This document shows, piece by piece, positions 1 through 9,718 of a stretch of 64,000 bases of DNA. The notes below the pieces were generated by a model that was given only the letters and a program-made list of their open reading frames with translations, made no database searches and was not told where the DNA came from. The DNA lies in NCBI GenBank assembly GCA_001780985.1, contig MFJV01000001.1, forward strand, positions 694,579 to 758,578, given 5' to 3'. Both the position numbers and the translations under genes were made by a program. The DNA is from Candidatus Gottesmanbacteria bacterium RIFCSPLOWO2_01_FULL_43_11b (GTDB lineage Bacteria; Patescibacteriota; Microgenomatia; UBA10105; UBA927). Position 1 is the stretch's first letter. Each line of letters begins with the position of its first letter.

Positions 1-216
1 CCGTCGATTTCAGATGAGGTATTGAAGATGCGCATCGAGGAATTGGATATTCCTACGCGAATCGTCAATGCGCTTGCCAATGGCGATATAGAAACCATCG
101 GGCAACTTTTAGGAACACCACGGGTTGAACTTCTCAAGGTAAAAAACCTGGGAACCAAGTCGCTCGCTGTTGTTGAAGAGAAGTTGCGAGAAAAAGGAGT
201 GGCATTGACTGTATGA
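1..216 (+). CDS. rpoA: RNA polymerase alpha subunit, C-terminal domain (partial, runs off window start)
   Basis: IEELDIPTRIVNAL...LLKVKNLGTKSL alpha-CTD motif; directly upstream of rplQ. Confidence 0.93.
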   Translation, partial: PSISDEVLKMRIEELDIPTRIVNALANGDIETIGQLLGTPRVELLKVKNLGTKSLAVVEEKLREKGVALTV

Positions 217-572
217 GACACGGATACTTTGGGCGGAAACTATCACGAAATACCAATGAACGCAAGCGTTTGCTTTTGGGTTTAGCACAGCAACTTATTA
301 AGTTTGGCAATATCACGACCACACTTCCCAAAGCAAAAGCAGTGCAGCCTATGGTAGAGAAGATGATAACGAAATCCAAGAAAGGAAAAGGGTGGGCTGC
401 GACACGATTCCCAAACAGAACAAGCGGTTATACGCGTATTATAAAACTTGGAACACGTCTTGGTGATAGCGCGCAGGAAGCCATACTCTCGTTTGTCGAT
501 CCAAAACCGGAAGCTAAGAAGCCGGTTAAAAAATCATATGCAAGGAAAAACAAAACCAACAAAAGCAAGTAA
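213..572 (+). CDS. rplQ: 50S ribosomal protein L17 (internally shortened)
   Basis: MRHG..GRKLSR, ITTTLPKAK, GYTRIIKLG.R.GD motifs. Confidence 0.95.
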   Translation: MRHGYFGRKLSRNTNERKRLLLGLAQQLIKFGNITTTLPKAKAVQPMVEKMITKSKKGKGWAATRFPNRTSGYTRIIKLGTRLGDSAQEAILSFVDPKPEAKKPVKKSYARKNKTNKSK

Positions 573-954
573 TATAAAGAGAACCTGGCACCTTGTGGAT
601 GTAAAGGATAAAGTGCTTGGCCGAATTGCGACGGATATCGCAGGTAAACTCATGGGAAAAAGTAAACCGTATTTTGTCCGAAACCTCGATTGCGGAGATT
701 ACGTCGTTGTGATTAATGCAAAACACGTTGCAGTTACCGGCAAAAAAGAAAAACAGAAAACCTATACAAACTACTCCGGATACCCGGGTGGTGATAAAAC
801 AAAAGCGTTATGGCAGATGAGAATTGAAAAACCAACAGAGATTATTCGAAGAGCTGTCTTTGGAATGCTCCCGAAAAATAAATTACGGGATATTATGATT
901 ACACGACTTTATATTTATCCGGAGAAAGAGCACCCACACGGAGACAAAATATGA
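538..954 (+). CDS. rplM: 50S ribosomal protein L13
   Basis: WHLVD..DKVLGRIA, DCGDYVVVINA, SGYPGG, GMLPKN; start moved to ATG 538. Confidence 0.95.
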   Translation: MQGKTKPTKASNIKRTWHLVDVKDKVLGRIATDIAGKLMGKSKPYFVRNLDCGDYVVVINAKHVAVTGKKEKQKTYTNYSGYPGGDKTKALWQMRIEKPTEIIRRAVFGMLPKNKLRDIMITRLYIYPEKEHPHGDKI

Positions 955-1370
955 GTGACAAAAAACCAACCTACTACGAAGCAGTTGGCAGACGCAAGAC
1001 ATCAAGTGCGCGGGTACGGCTCCATGTGGAAAGCGATGAAGCAAAAGGAACAATGACAGTCAATAACAGACCAGCAGAAAAATATTTCCCGGGTGAGGTT
1101 TTCAAAAGGATATATCTTGAACCCTTTAGGACAACCAATACTATTGGCAGGTTTTCAGTAACGGTGAAAGTTGAAGGCGGAGGATTATCAGGACAGTTGG
1201 GAGCAGTTTCTCATGGAATTTCACGGGCCCTTGTTAAAGTTGATCAGGAAAAATTTCAGCCGATCCTTCGAAAGCGCGGATTAATGACCCGCGACCCTCG
1301 TGCTAAAGAGCGTCGGAAAGCAGGCTTTGCCGGCAAAGCCCGCGCAAAGAAGCAATCTCCAAAACGATAA
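951..1370 (+). CDS. rpsI: 30S ribosomal protein S9
   Basis: GRRKTSSARV, GGGLSGQ, LMTRDPR.KERRK. Confidence 0.97.
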   Translation: MSDKKPTYYEAVGRRKTSSARVRLHVESDEAKGTMTVNNRPAEKYFPGEVFKRIYLEPFRTTNTIGRFSVTVKVEGGGLSGQLGAVSHGISRALVKVDQEKFQPILRKRGLMTRDPRAKERRKAGFAGKARAKKQSPKR

Positions 1371-1375
1371 TTTTA

Positions 1376-2401
1376 TTATTCCCCGGCGGATATTTTTGCA
1401 GCTGTGTGGCCGGATTTGACGGCTTTCCAGATGTGGTCTGTCAAATCTTTAACGAGTTTGTGATTTTCCCGTAAGTAGAGTTTTGCCGCTTCCTTTCCTT
1501 GTCCCAGCATCTGCGTCCCGAATTTTAAGAATGCACCGGATTTATTCACAACACCAAGTTCCACCCCCACATCAATAAGCGCTCCTTCACGGGATATGCC
1601 GTCATGCATGACGTCAAATTCAGCCACACGAAATGGTGGAGAGACTTTATTTTTTACTACTCTCACACGGTGTCGGCTACCGATGACCCGATCGCCATCT
1701 TTGAGGCTTTCAATCTTTCGTGAATCCATGCGAATACTGGCATAAAACTTGAGGGCTAGTCCACCAGTGGTTGTTTCAGGATTCCCAAACATCACGCCAA
1801 TTTTTTGTCGCAATTGATTGGTAAACATCACGATTGTTTTTGATTTAGAAATAACAGCAGTGAGTTTTCGAAGCGCTTGTGACATGAGACGGGCATGAAC
1901 ACCCATCATGCTGTCACCCATTTCTCCTTCAATTTCTGCTCGCGGAACAAGGGCTGCGACAGAGTCGATGACGATAATGTCAATGCCACCGCTTCGAATA
2001 AGTGTTTCAGCAATTTCTAATGCTTGCTCACCCGTATCGGGTTGAGAAATTAGAAGATCATCAAGTTTTACTCCCAGTACTTCTGCCCATTGTGGATCAA
2101 GTGCATGTTCGGCATCAATAAATGCGGCTACACCTCCATTTTTTTGTGCTTCAGCGATCGTTGAAAGACAGACAGTGGTTTTTCCCGATGCTTCCGGCCC
2201 GTAAATTTCAACAACTCTTCCCCGAGGAAGTCCGCCGACACCGAGAGCAAGGTCAAGAGGTAAAATACCGGTTGAGATAACGCCAATGGCTTCCCGAACA
2301 TTTACTTTTTCTCCAAGCTTCATGATGGACCCTTTTCCGTACTGCTTTTCAATCTGATCCATCGCGAGCCGAATTGCTTGAAGTTTTTGATCGACGGCCA
2401 T
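1376..2401 (-). CDS. recA: recombinase A
   Basis: GPEASGKTT Walker [23 protein letters not shown]; start at MAVDQK (longer ORF runs into the tRNA). Confidence 0.98.
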   Translation of the reverse strand: MAVDQKLQAIRLAMDQIEKQYGKGSIMKLGEKVNVREAIGVISTGILPLDLALGVGGLPRGRVVEIYGPEASGKTTVCLSTIAEAQKNGGVAAFIDAEHALDPQWAEVLGVKLDDLLISQPDTGEQALEIAETLIRSGGIDIIVIDSVAALVPRAEIEGEMGDSMMGVHARLMSQALRKLTAVISKSKTIVMFTNQLRQKIGVMFGNPETTTGGLALKFYASIRMDSRKIESLKDGDRVIGSRHRVRVVKNKVSPPFRVAEFDVMHDGISREGALIDVGVELGVVNKSGAFLKFGTQMLGQGKEAAKLYLRENHKLVKDLTDHIWKAVKSGHTAAKISAGE

Positions 2402-2449
2402 ATGCGCCCCATTCTTACACAAAAAATGATAAAATACAAGCGGTTTAGG

Positions 2450-2525
2450 CGGGGCGTAGCTCAGTTGGTAGAGCACACGGCTGGGGGTCGTGTGGTCGCA
2501 CGTTCGAATCGTGTCGCCCCGACCA
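2450..2525 (+). tRNA. tRNA-Pro(GGG)
   Basis: CGGGGCG/CGCCCCG acceptor stem, anticodon loop CTGGGGG, GTTCGAATC T-loop, encoded ACCA. Confidence 0.95.
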
Positions 2526-3064
2526 TGGAAAAGACTGCTCGTCCTGGATACGAATATTTGTCCGCATACATGCTTGGTAAAGTTATTCAGGACTTAACGG
2601 TTGAATTTTGTAACCGGTATATTGATAGAAGATCTAGAACCCATGACCAAATGGTTCAAGCAGCCAGATCAAATTGTCAAAATGTAGCTGAAGGATATTC
2701 TAATCCCTCATTAAAAGGTTATCTAAAACTAGCAGGGATTGCATATGGATCAAATGAGGAATTAACCAAAGATTATCAGGATTTTTTACGGCAGAGAAAA
2801 TTGCCAATTTGGGATAAAAACGATCTGAAAGTTAGGGAATTTAGGGGGTTTAGGGTGGTTTGGAAAACCCCAACATCCCTAAATACCCCAACACTCCCTA
2901 AAAAGCCAGTTGAAGCAGCGAACATGCTACTAACCTTTTGTAATCTAGATGGCTTCTTGCTTAAAAGGCTCCTAGCTTCCCTTATGGAAAAACATGAAAA
3001 AGAAGGCGGGCTGACAGAAAAAATGTATAGAAGACGAACTCAATATCGAAAAAATCATGGATAA
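2525..3064 (+). CDS. four helix bundle protein (23S rRNA IVP/Avd-like) with suffix domain
   Basis: [45 protein letters not shown]. Confidence 0.88.
   Translation: MEKTARPGYEYLSAYMLGKVIQDLTVEFCNRYIDRRSRTHDQMVQAARSNCQNVAEGYSNPSLKGYLKLAGIAYGSNEELTKDYQDFLRQRKLPIWDKNDLKVREFRGFRVVWKTPTSLNTPTLPKKPVEAANMLLTFCNLDGFLLKRLLASLMEKHEKEGGLTEKMYRRRTQYRKNHG
2831..2902. repeat. imperfect 9-nt-period tandem repeat followed by its inverted copy, inside the CDS
   Basis: gttagggaa tttaggggg tttagggtg gtttggaaa / accccaaca tccctaaat accccaaca ctccctaaa. Confidence 0.7.
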
Positions 3065-3491
3065 TTTGTATTATGAAAGGTTGATGAATGCGGTTATCAG
3101 ATTTGTATCGTTTCGTCCAAGAAGCGAAAAGGAAATTCGAGATTTTCTTACAAAAAAAATAATCAAGTGGAAAGTATCAGACGATCTCCTTCTAAATAAA
3201 GTTATCGACCGAATGGAAGACCTGGGATACATCGATGACAAAAAATTTGCCGACTGGTGGGTGGAGCAGCGAACACGGTTTCGGCCGAAAGGCAATCGGG
3301 TTATTGAGTATGAACTTTATCAAAAAGGAATCGCAAAAGATATAATTTCTGACGCTTTAATGGCACGAAATTCCGTAGAAGCGGCACGAAAAGCCGTTGC
3401 AAAAAAGAATTTTGATAAAAAGAAACTCTATGAGTATCTCACCAGACGCGGGTTTGACGCAGATACCATAAAAAAGGTACAATATGAGTAG
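3057..3491 (+). CDS. recX: regulatory protein RecX
   Basis: RPRSEKEI, GYIDDKKFA, ELYQKGI, YLTRRGF. Confidence 0.9.
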   Translation: MDNLYYERLMNAVIRFVSFRPRSEKEIRDFLTKKIIKWKVSDDLLLNKVIDRMEDLGYIDDKKFADWWVEQRTRFRPKGNRVIEYELYQKGIAKDIISDALMARNSVEAARKAVAKKNFDKKKLYEYLTRRGFDADTIKKVQYE

Positions 3492-3602
3492 ATTTTTGGA
3501 GACTGAAACAGCAAATATGAACTTCATAGAAATACACACGTTACGAGCCGCATAAATTGCGGGATTTTTGCTGCACTTCTTCTTCCATAAATCTCTTACT
3601 CT

Positions 3603-5057
3603 ATGTTTGATGTACTTAAAACTCTCTCGACGCTTGTTCAAAACCGATCGCCAAAACAACAATCGTCTCCCCCCCCAGCGCACAAAGCGACACCAAAACC
3701 CGTAAAACAAGTGGCTTCAGTCGACGTAAGTGCTCAAATTCGTTTAGCAGAGGCACAAGCTCGTGAAATTCTCCTTGAGGCAAAAGATGAAGCACGAAAC
3801 AAACTTATTGCCATAGAACGCCGGGAGGGAGCCGTTGAGGAACGAGAAAAGAGAGCGAATGAGTTTGAGGAAAGAGTGAAAAAAACACTTGCTGAAATGG
3901 AAAAATTGAAAGCTGATGAACTTGCCAAGCTTCAAAAAATCGCAAGTCTCACACGGAGCGAAGCGAAAGATATTATTTTAGCTAGCCTCAAAGACGAGCT
4001 CAAAGTTGAAATGGCAAAACTTATTAAAGAAGAAGAGGCGGGGGCTCACGAAGAGGCGGAAAAGAAAGCAAAAGAAATACTCGTTGATGCGATGCGTCAC
4101 GGCGCCACGGACTATGTTCCCGAGTTTACTGTTTCGGTTGTAAAAGTTACAGACGAAGAAATGAAAGGGAGAATTATTGGGAAAGAAGGCAGAAATATTC
4201 GCGCATTCGAGATGGCAACAGGGGTTGATGTTGATTTAGACGAGGAGGGAGTTATTCGATTATCAAGTTTTGATCCTGTCAGGCGAGAAATTGCCCGCAT
4301 TAGTCTCGAGAGACTCCTACGTGATGGGCGTGTGCAACCGACGCGAATTGAAGAACTTGTTGATATCGTTAAAAAAGAAACTGAGAGAATTATGTTTGAT
4401 GAGGGACAAAAGCTCTGTCATTCAGTTGGCGTCTATAATTTACCGGCTCCATTAGTTGCGATGCTAGGGCGATTTAAATACCGTTTCTCGTATGGTCAAA
4501 ATATGATCGCGCATACACTTGAAGAAACAAAAATTGGCATTGCATTAGGTCAGGAAGTTGGAGCTGATGTTAACGTCGTACGGTTGGGATGTTTACTTCA
4601 TGATATCGGGAAAATAGTGACAGACGAAGAGGGGAGCCATGTTGAACTTGGCGTCTCTCTTCTTAAAAAATATGGCCTACCGCAAAAAGTGATTGATTGT
4701 GTTGCGCAGCACCATGAAGACACACCGTTTTCAAGCATTGAGTCGATGATTGTGTATATCTCTGATGCAATTTCCGGTAGCCGTCCCGGTGCAAGGTATG
4801 AAGATATCGAAGGCTACATTAAGCGTTTGAATGATCTTGAAACAATTGCTAAATCCCATAAGGGAGTTAAAGAAGCATTTGCATTTCAAGCGGGACGGGA
4901 ACTGCGGATTATCGTTGATCCGGGTAGTGTTGATGATGCTGCTTCCTCTGTTATGGCTCATGAAGTAAAGGAAGAAGTTGAAAAGAAAATGACCTATCCG
5001 GGACAGATAAAAATTTCCGTTATTCGCGAACTTCGAGCAACGGAAATTGCAAAGTGA
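3603..5057 (+). CDS. rny: ribonuclease Y
   Basis: coiled coil, KH domain (MKGRIIGKEGRNIR), HD domain (LLHDIGK), DAISGSRPGAR. Confidence 0.96.
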   Translation: MFDVLKTLSTLVQNRSPKQQSSPPPAHKATPKPVKQVASVDVSAQIRLAEAQAREILLEAKDEARNKLIAIERREGAVEEREKRANEFEERVKKTLAEMEKLKADELAKLQKIASLTRSEAKDIILASLKDELKVEMAKLIKEEEAGAHEEAEKKAKEILVDAMRHGATDYVPEFTVSVVKVTDEEMKGRIIGKEGRNIRAFEMATGVDVDLDEEGVIRLSSFDPVRREIARISLERLLRDGRVQPTRIEELVDIVKKETERIMFDEGQKLCHSVGVYNLPAPLVAMLGRFKYRFSYGQNMIAHTLEETKIGIALGQEVGADVNVVRLGCLLHDIGKIVTDEEGSHVELGVSLLKKYGLPQKVIDCVAQHHEDTPFSSIESMIVYISDAISGSRPGARYEDIEGYIKRLNDLETIAKSHKGVKEAFAFQAGRELRIIVDPGSVDDAASSVMAHEVKEEVEKKMTYPGQIKISVIRELRATEIAK

Positions 5058-5178
5058 TTTTGCTATCTTGACAGAATAATCCAAATTGTCTACATTGCCT
5101 CGTAGATCCCGTTAGAACGGGACAAGAAAAATTTTTTCTTGTTATTACCTTCTGCTCAGATCGGAGGTGAAATTCAAA

Positions 5179-5451
5179 ATGACAAAAGCAGATCTTGTTG
5201 AGGTTGTTGCCAAAAAGGCAAGCCTTACAGCAAAAGCAGCGAGAGAATCAGTCGCAGCCGTATTCGGTGCAGTGACTGATGCTCTTAAAAAGGGAGATAA
5301 AGTGGTCGTGACCGGTTTTGGAACGTTTATGGTCAGATCACGGAAAGCTCGTACCGGAAGAAATCCACAAACTGGAGCGCCTATTAACATTCCCGCCCGC
5401 AAAACTCCAGGATTTACAGCCGGAAAAGCACTCAAGAAAGTCGTACGGTAA
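5179..5451 (+). CDS. hup: histone-like DNA-binding protein HU
   Basis: GFGTF, ARTGRNPQTG; SD GGAGGTGA 8 nt upstream of ATG 5179. Confidence 0.96.
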   Translation: MTKADLVEVVAKKASLTAKAARESVAAVFGAVTDALKKGDKVVVTGFGTFMVRSRKARTGRNPQTGAPINIPARKTPGFTAGKALKKVVR

Positions 5452-5472
5452 ATATAACGAAAATAGATAAAC

Positions 5473-5504
5473 AATCCCGACGACCGTCGACGGAGTCGGG
5501 ATTT
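5473..5504 (+). terminator. hairpin after hup (terminator or palindromic repeat)
   Basis: AATCCCGAC...GTCGGGATT arms enclosing the palindrome CCGTCGACGG. Confidence 0.6.
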
Positions 5505-5523
5505 GTTATACTTACCTATAGAT

Positions 5524-6501
5524 ATGGTTATCTCCGTTTCTCATTTAAAGAAATATTATCGTATTCATAAAAAAGAGCCGGGAGTCATAGGTTCAATAAC
5601 ATCGCTGATATCGCGAACATACGAAAACGTCCGTGCTGTTGATGACATTTCGTTTTCGATAGATGAAGGAGAACTCGTGGGCTTTATCGGACCAAATGGT
5701 GCCGGTAAGACGACGACACTCAAGTGTCTCTCAGGACTTTTGTATCCTACAAGCGGTAAAGTAAGCGTTCTTGGATATACTCCTTTTGAACGAAAGCACG
5801 AATATCTCAAGAAGATTTCTCTGGTCATGGGACAGAAAAATCAACTCTGGTGGGATTTGCCCGCAATTGAAACCTTTCTCCTCAATAAAGAAATCTATGA
5901 AATTGCCGATGATCAGTATAAAAAAACATTGAATGAACTGGTCGATTTACTTGAAGTAGAAAGCCTTTTGAAAGTGCAAGTTCGTAAACTTTCTCTCGGA
6001 GAGCGGATGAAGATGGAGCTTATTGCGGCCCTAATTCATGCACCGCAAGTTCTTTTTCTTGATGAACCAACCATCGGACTTGATGTGGTGATGCAAAAGA
6101 AAATGCGGGATTTTATTAAAGAATATAACACCCGTCACGCCTCAACTATTCTTCTCACCTCTCATTATATGGAAGATGTGCGACAACTCGCCCGCCGCGT
6201 GATCATCATTGATCACGGGAAACTTCTCTATGACGGAAAACTGGATAATTTAGTGAAAAGGTATGCAAAACATAAAGTATTATCGATTGTATTAGAAACT
6301 TACGTATCGCCTGATAAACTCTCTGAAGTTGGAGAACTTGTTGAGTATGATTTTCCTCATGCCGTCATTCGGGTTGACCGGGGGGCAAGCAATATGGCAG
6401 CATCACAGATTCTTCAAAAATTTCCCGTTGATGATCTCAATATCGAAGAGCCTGACATAGAAGACATTATCCGCGATGTCTTCACAAAGAAAAACGCATG
6501 A
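5524..6501 (+). CDS. ABC exporter ATP-binding protein
   Basis: GPNGAGKTT, LSLGERMK, LFLDEPT. Confidence 0.93.
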   Translation: MVISVSHLKKYYRIHKKEPGVIGSITSLISRTYENVRAVDDISFSIDEGELVGFIGPNGAGKTTTLKCLSGLLYPTSGKVSVLGYTPFERKHEYLKKISLVMGQKNQLWWDLPAIETFLLNKEIYEIADDQYKKTLNELVDLLEVESLLKVQVRKLSLGERMKMELIAALIHAPQVLFLDEPTIGLDVVMQKKMRDFIKEYNTRHASTILLTSHYMEDVRQLARRVIIIDHGKLLYDGKLDNLVKRYAKHKVLSIVLETYVSPDKLSEVGELVEYDFPHAVIRVDRGASNMAASQILQKFPVDDLNIEEPDIEDIIRDVFTKKNA

Positions 6502-6507
6502 TATTCT

Positions 6508-7305
6508 ATGAAGTATGTCAAAATATTTTTGCTTCATTTTCAAGAAGCAACCGACGAACGAAGTAGAATGTTCGTATGGTTTCTTATTTCGCTTATAAAT
6601 CCACTCGTCTATCTCCTTTTTTGGCGCGGAGCGCATACAAGCCTTCCAGAAACAACGAACCAATGGCAACTATCAGGATTTGCTTCATACTATGTTCTTT
6701 TGATACTTGCCGGCTCTTTCCTTAGAGTGCATATTGAAGAGTATATTGCGTACTATGATATTGAGCTTGGTTACTTAGCAAACTCACTCCTCAAACCAGT
6801 TTCCTATTTTTGGTATCAGTTTTTTCATGAATTGCCGTATCGGCTTCTTGAAACATCGTTTGGCATACTTGTTTTTTTATTATTTGTCATAAACCTTCCC
6901 GGCCTCATCCAACTTACTGGAAAGTTAGAATATATACTGTTAAGTATTTTCATTCTTTTTGCCGGATATTTTCTTTCCTATCTTCTTAAAATATCTTTAG
7001 GGCTGAGTGCACTTTTTACAACTGACTTTCGGGGGTTGTCTGAACTGCTTGAAGTTACCCTTCTTCTTTTCGGAGGATTTGTACTTCCATTGGATCTTTT
7101 TCCTGATACTCTCAAACAATTTCTTTTCGTACTACCTTTTCCGTATATGTTTTATTTTCCGGTCGTTGCATTTCTTGGTCGATTAACAATTGAAGAGCTT
7201 TTAAAAACAATAGTGATTCAACTTACATGGATTGTTGGATTTATGATTTTGTACAGAATCATCTGGAATAAAGGAATACGGTTGTTTACGGGTGTGGGTC
7301 GATAA
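6508..7305 (+). CDS. ABC-2 family permease (DUF990-like)
   Basis: multiple TM helices, G.L...LLKP, GGFVLPLDLFP. Confidence 0.85.
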   Translation: MKYVKIFLLHFQEATDERSRMFVWFLISLINPLVYLLFWRGAHTSLPETTNQWQLSGFASYYVLLILAGSFLRVHIEEYIAYYDIELGYLANSLLKPVSYFWYQFFHELPYRLLETSFGILVFLLFVINLPGLIQLTGKLEYILLSIFILFAGYFLSYLLKISLGLSALFTTDFRGLSELLEVTLLLFGGFVLPLDLFPDTLKQFLFVLPFPYMFYFPVVAFLGRLTIEELLKTIVIQLTWIVGFMILYRIIWNKGIRLFTGVGR

Positions 7306-7308
7306 CCT

Positions 7309-8097
7309 ATGAAAGCATATTTAAAAATTTATAAAATGCTTCTTAAAATAAATTTTTCCTCACTTGTTATGTATAGAAGTAATTTTATCAATAGCACTCT
7401 GTCTAGTATGGCGTGGGCTGTTTTTAATTTTGTAGGTATTATTATTCTCACATCGAGAGTTTCAACAGTATTTGGGTGGAAAAGAGAAGAATTAATAGTT
7501 TTGACTGCATCTTTCACTATTTTAACAGGAATATTTCACATGCTCTTTTCTAAGAATTTTGAAAGGATTCCAAAACTTGCTAACAGCGGCGATCTCGACC
7601 GGATACTTCTCTATCCAATCGATTCTCAATTTTCTGTTAGTTTTTGGGAAATACATTATAGCCATTTAATACGAATACCAGTTGGCATAGGAATTTTATT
7701 CTATCTTTTTGGATTACTTAAAATTTCTATTACATGGCAGCAGATAATTATGTTTATGTTTTTTCTTGTCGTCGGACTAATTATCCAGTATTGTATATGG
7801 TTTTTGGCAACAACGATCACTGTCCGACTTACAAGATTGTCAAACATTCCAGAGGTTCTCTATTCAGTAACCGGTATAGCTCGGTATCCGCGTGAGCTTT
7901 TTCGGCAGTTAACTGATTATGTGTTTATTTTTCTTCTGCCATTGACATTGATTATTGTTACTCCAGTAAAGGTCCTTTTTAATCAATTGACGCTTAGTGA
8001 AATTTTTCTATTCTTTGGAGTAGCGATAAGTTTTTTATATATTTCCCGAAAGTTTTGGAAATATTCACTCCGATACTATACAAGCGCAAGTAGTTAA
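7309..8097 (+). CDS. ABC-2 family permease (DUF990-like)
   Basis: GDLDRILLYP, ARYP, YYTSASS C-terminus. Confidence 0.85.
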   Translation: MKAYLKIYKMLLKINFSSLVMYRSNFINSTLSSMAWAVFNFVGIIILTSRVSTVFGWKREELIVLTASFTILTGIFHMLFSKNFERIPKLANSGDLDRILLYPIDSQFSVSFWEIHYSHLIRIPVGIGILFYLFGLLKISITWQQIIMFMFFLVVGLIIQYCIWFLATTITVRLTRLSNIPEVLYSVTGIARYPRELFRQLTDYVFIFLLPLTLIIVTPVKVLFNQLTLSEIFLFFGVAISFLYISRKFWKYSLRYYTSASS

Positions 8098-8098
8098 A

Positions 8099-8896
8099 GT
8101 GATGAAAAAATATTTTCAGATTATTAAGGGCACGTGGGCGGAGTACATGGTGTACCGCTTAAGTTTCGTTTTGTGGCGTGTGAGGATTGTCATGCAGCTT
8201 TTAGTAACGTACTTTCTTTGGTGGGCTATTTTTTCACAACACGAGACGCTATTCGGATATACACAATCAATGATGCTTACCTATATTCTATTAAGTGCAG
8301 TTGTGCGGCCGTTTGTGATGGGAACAAGAACGCAAGAAGTGGGTATGATGATTAATGACGGAAGTCTATCTAATTATCTCACCCGACCAATAAATCTCTT
8401 TCGTCTTTTTTGGAGCCGGGATATTGCAGATAAATCTCTAAATATTATATTTGCCATTGGCGAGATTGCCATATTGATATTACTTCTTAAACCATCAATT
8501 ATTTTGCAAGCGAATATAACCGTGTTACTTTTTACTTTTCTAGCACTCGTAATTGGTGTAGTGCTCTTTTTTTATTTCAGCATGTTACTTTCACTGTTAG
8601 GGTTTTGGACTTCTGAGATATGGGGACCAAGATTTTTGTCATTTATATTGGTTGAATTTTTTGGAGGCATGCTTTTTCCTCTTGATATTCTGCCGGAATC
8701 TCTGTTTCGGGTGAGCACACTCTTGCCGTTTTCCTACTTTATCTATTTCCCGCTCAAAGTGTACCTTGGTCAACTCAGTGTAATTTCCATGATTTCTGGA
8801 TTAGGAGTAGGACTTGTATGGGCGCTCGGCCTCAAGTTGCTTACGGAACTACTTTGGAGACGGGGATTGATGGTTTATTCGTCAGAGGGAAAATGA
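8099..8896 (+). CDS. ABC-2 family permease (DUF990-like)
   Basis: GSLSNYLTRP, GGMLFPLDILP. Confidence 0.85.
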   Translation: MMKKYFQIIKGTWAEYMVYRLSFVLWRVRIVMQLLVTYFLWWAIFSQHETLFGYTQSMMLTYILLSAVVRPFVMGTRTQEVGMMINDGSLSNYLTRPINLFRLFWSRDIADKSLNIIFAIGEIAILILLLKPSIILQANITVLLFTFLALVIGVVLFFYFSMLLSLLGFWTSEIWGPRFLSFILVEFFGGMLFPLDILPESLFRVSTLLPFSYFIYFPLKVYLGQLSVISMISGLGVGLVWALGLKLLTELLWRRGLMVYSSEGK

Positions 8897-9684
8897 AAAC
8901 AGTAAGAAAATACTTTATTCTTTGGGGAAAACTGACTGCAAATTCTTTTTTATCTATACTAGCTTCCCGGTTTGGTGCGAGTATTTTTCTTTTGGGAAAA
9001 ACACTCCGTTTTCTCTTTTTTTTCGTGTTCCTATTGACCATATTTACAAAAATTTCCTTCATCGCAACGTATTCAGTTGCTCAAGCGGTTTTTTTCTTTC
9101 TCACCTTTAATCTCATTGATACAACAACACAACTTTTTTTCCGTGAAGTATATAGGTTTCGTCAACTCGTGGTAACCGGAGATTTTGATTTAGTATTAAC
9201 CAAACCCATGAACCCCCTTTTTCGAGCTCTCGTTGGAGGAGCAGATCCTCTGGATTTACTTATGCTCATCCCATATATAGGATTACTCATCTACCTTTCA
9301 CTTCAGTTGGGCGGCATACAATTTTGGTCTGTAACTCTGTATTTGATACTTATATTGAATGGTTTCCTTATTGCGGCAGGTTTTCATATATTAGTACTTG
9401 CGCTTGCGGTGGTAACGACCGAAATAGATCACACAATTATGATTTACCGGGATTTAACCAGTATGGGGAGGGTACCGATTGATATTTACAGAGAACCACT
9501 GCGTGGTATTCTCACGTTTATTATCCCCATAGGTATCATGATGACGTTTCCGGCAAAAGCATTCTTAGGACTGTTATCGCCAACATCAATGCTGTTAGCC
9601 TTTATCGTAGGGCTAGTCTTTTTTATTCTTTCTGTACGGATTTGGCGCTTTGCGCTGACTCAGTATAGCTCTGCATCCAGTTGA
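8893..9684 (+). CDS. ABC-2 family permease (DUF990-like)
   Basis: GDFDLVLTKP, GRVPIDIY, YSSASS; start at MKTVRKY. Confidence 0.85.
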   Translation: MKTVRKYFILWGKLTANSFLSILASRFGASIFLLGKTLRFLFFFVFLLTIFTKISFIATYSVAQAVFFFLTFNLIDTTTQLFFREVYRFRQLVVTGDFDLVLTKPMNPLFRALVGGADPLDLLMLIPYIGLLIYLSLQLGGIQFWSVTLYLILILNGFLIAAGFHILVLALAVVTTEIDHTIMIYRDLTSMGRVPIDIYREPLRGILTFIIPIGIMMTFPAKAFLGLLSPTSMLLAFIVGLVFFILSVRIWRFALTQYSSASS

Positions 9685-9718
9685 CGTAGCAAGGATTATT
9701 CGTGTAGACTTATACAAC

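Noticed and set aside
2378-2524. N-terminal extensions of the four-helix-bundle and recA ORFs
   Set aside because: They run through tRNA-Pro; the family motifs begin at 2525 (+) and 2401 (-).
2525-3064. Diversity-generating retroelement, suggested by the Avd-like fold
   Set aside because: No reverse transcriptase or template/variable repeat pair was seen in the window.
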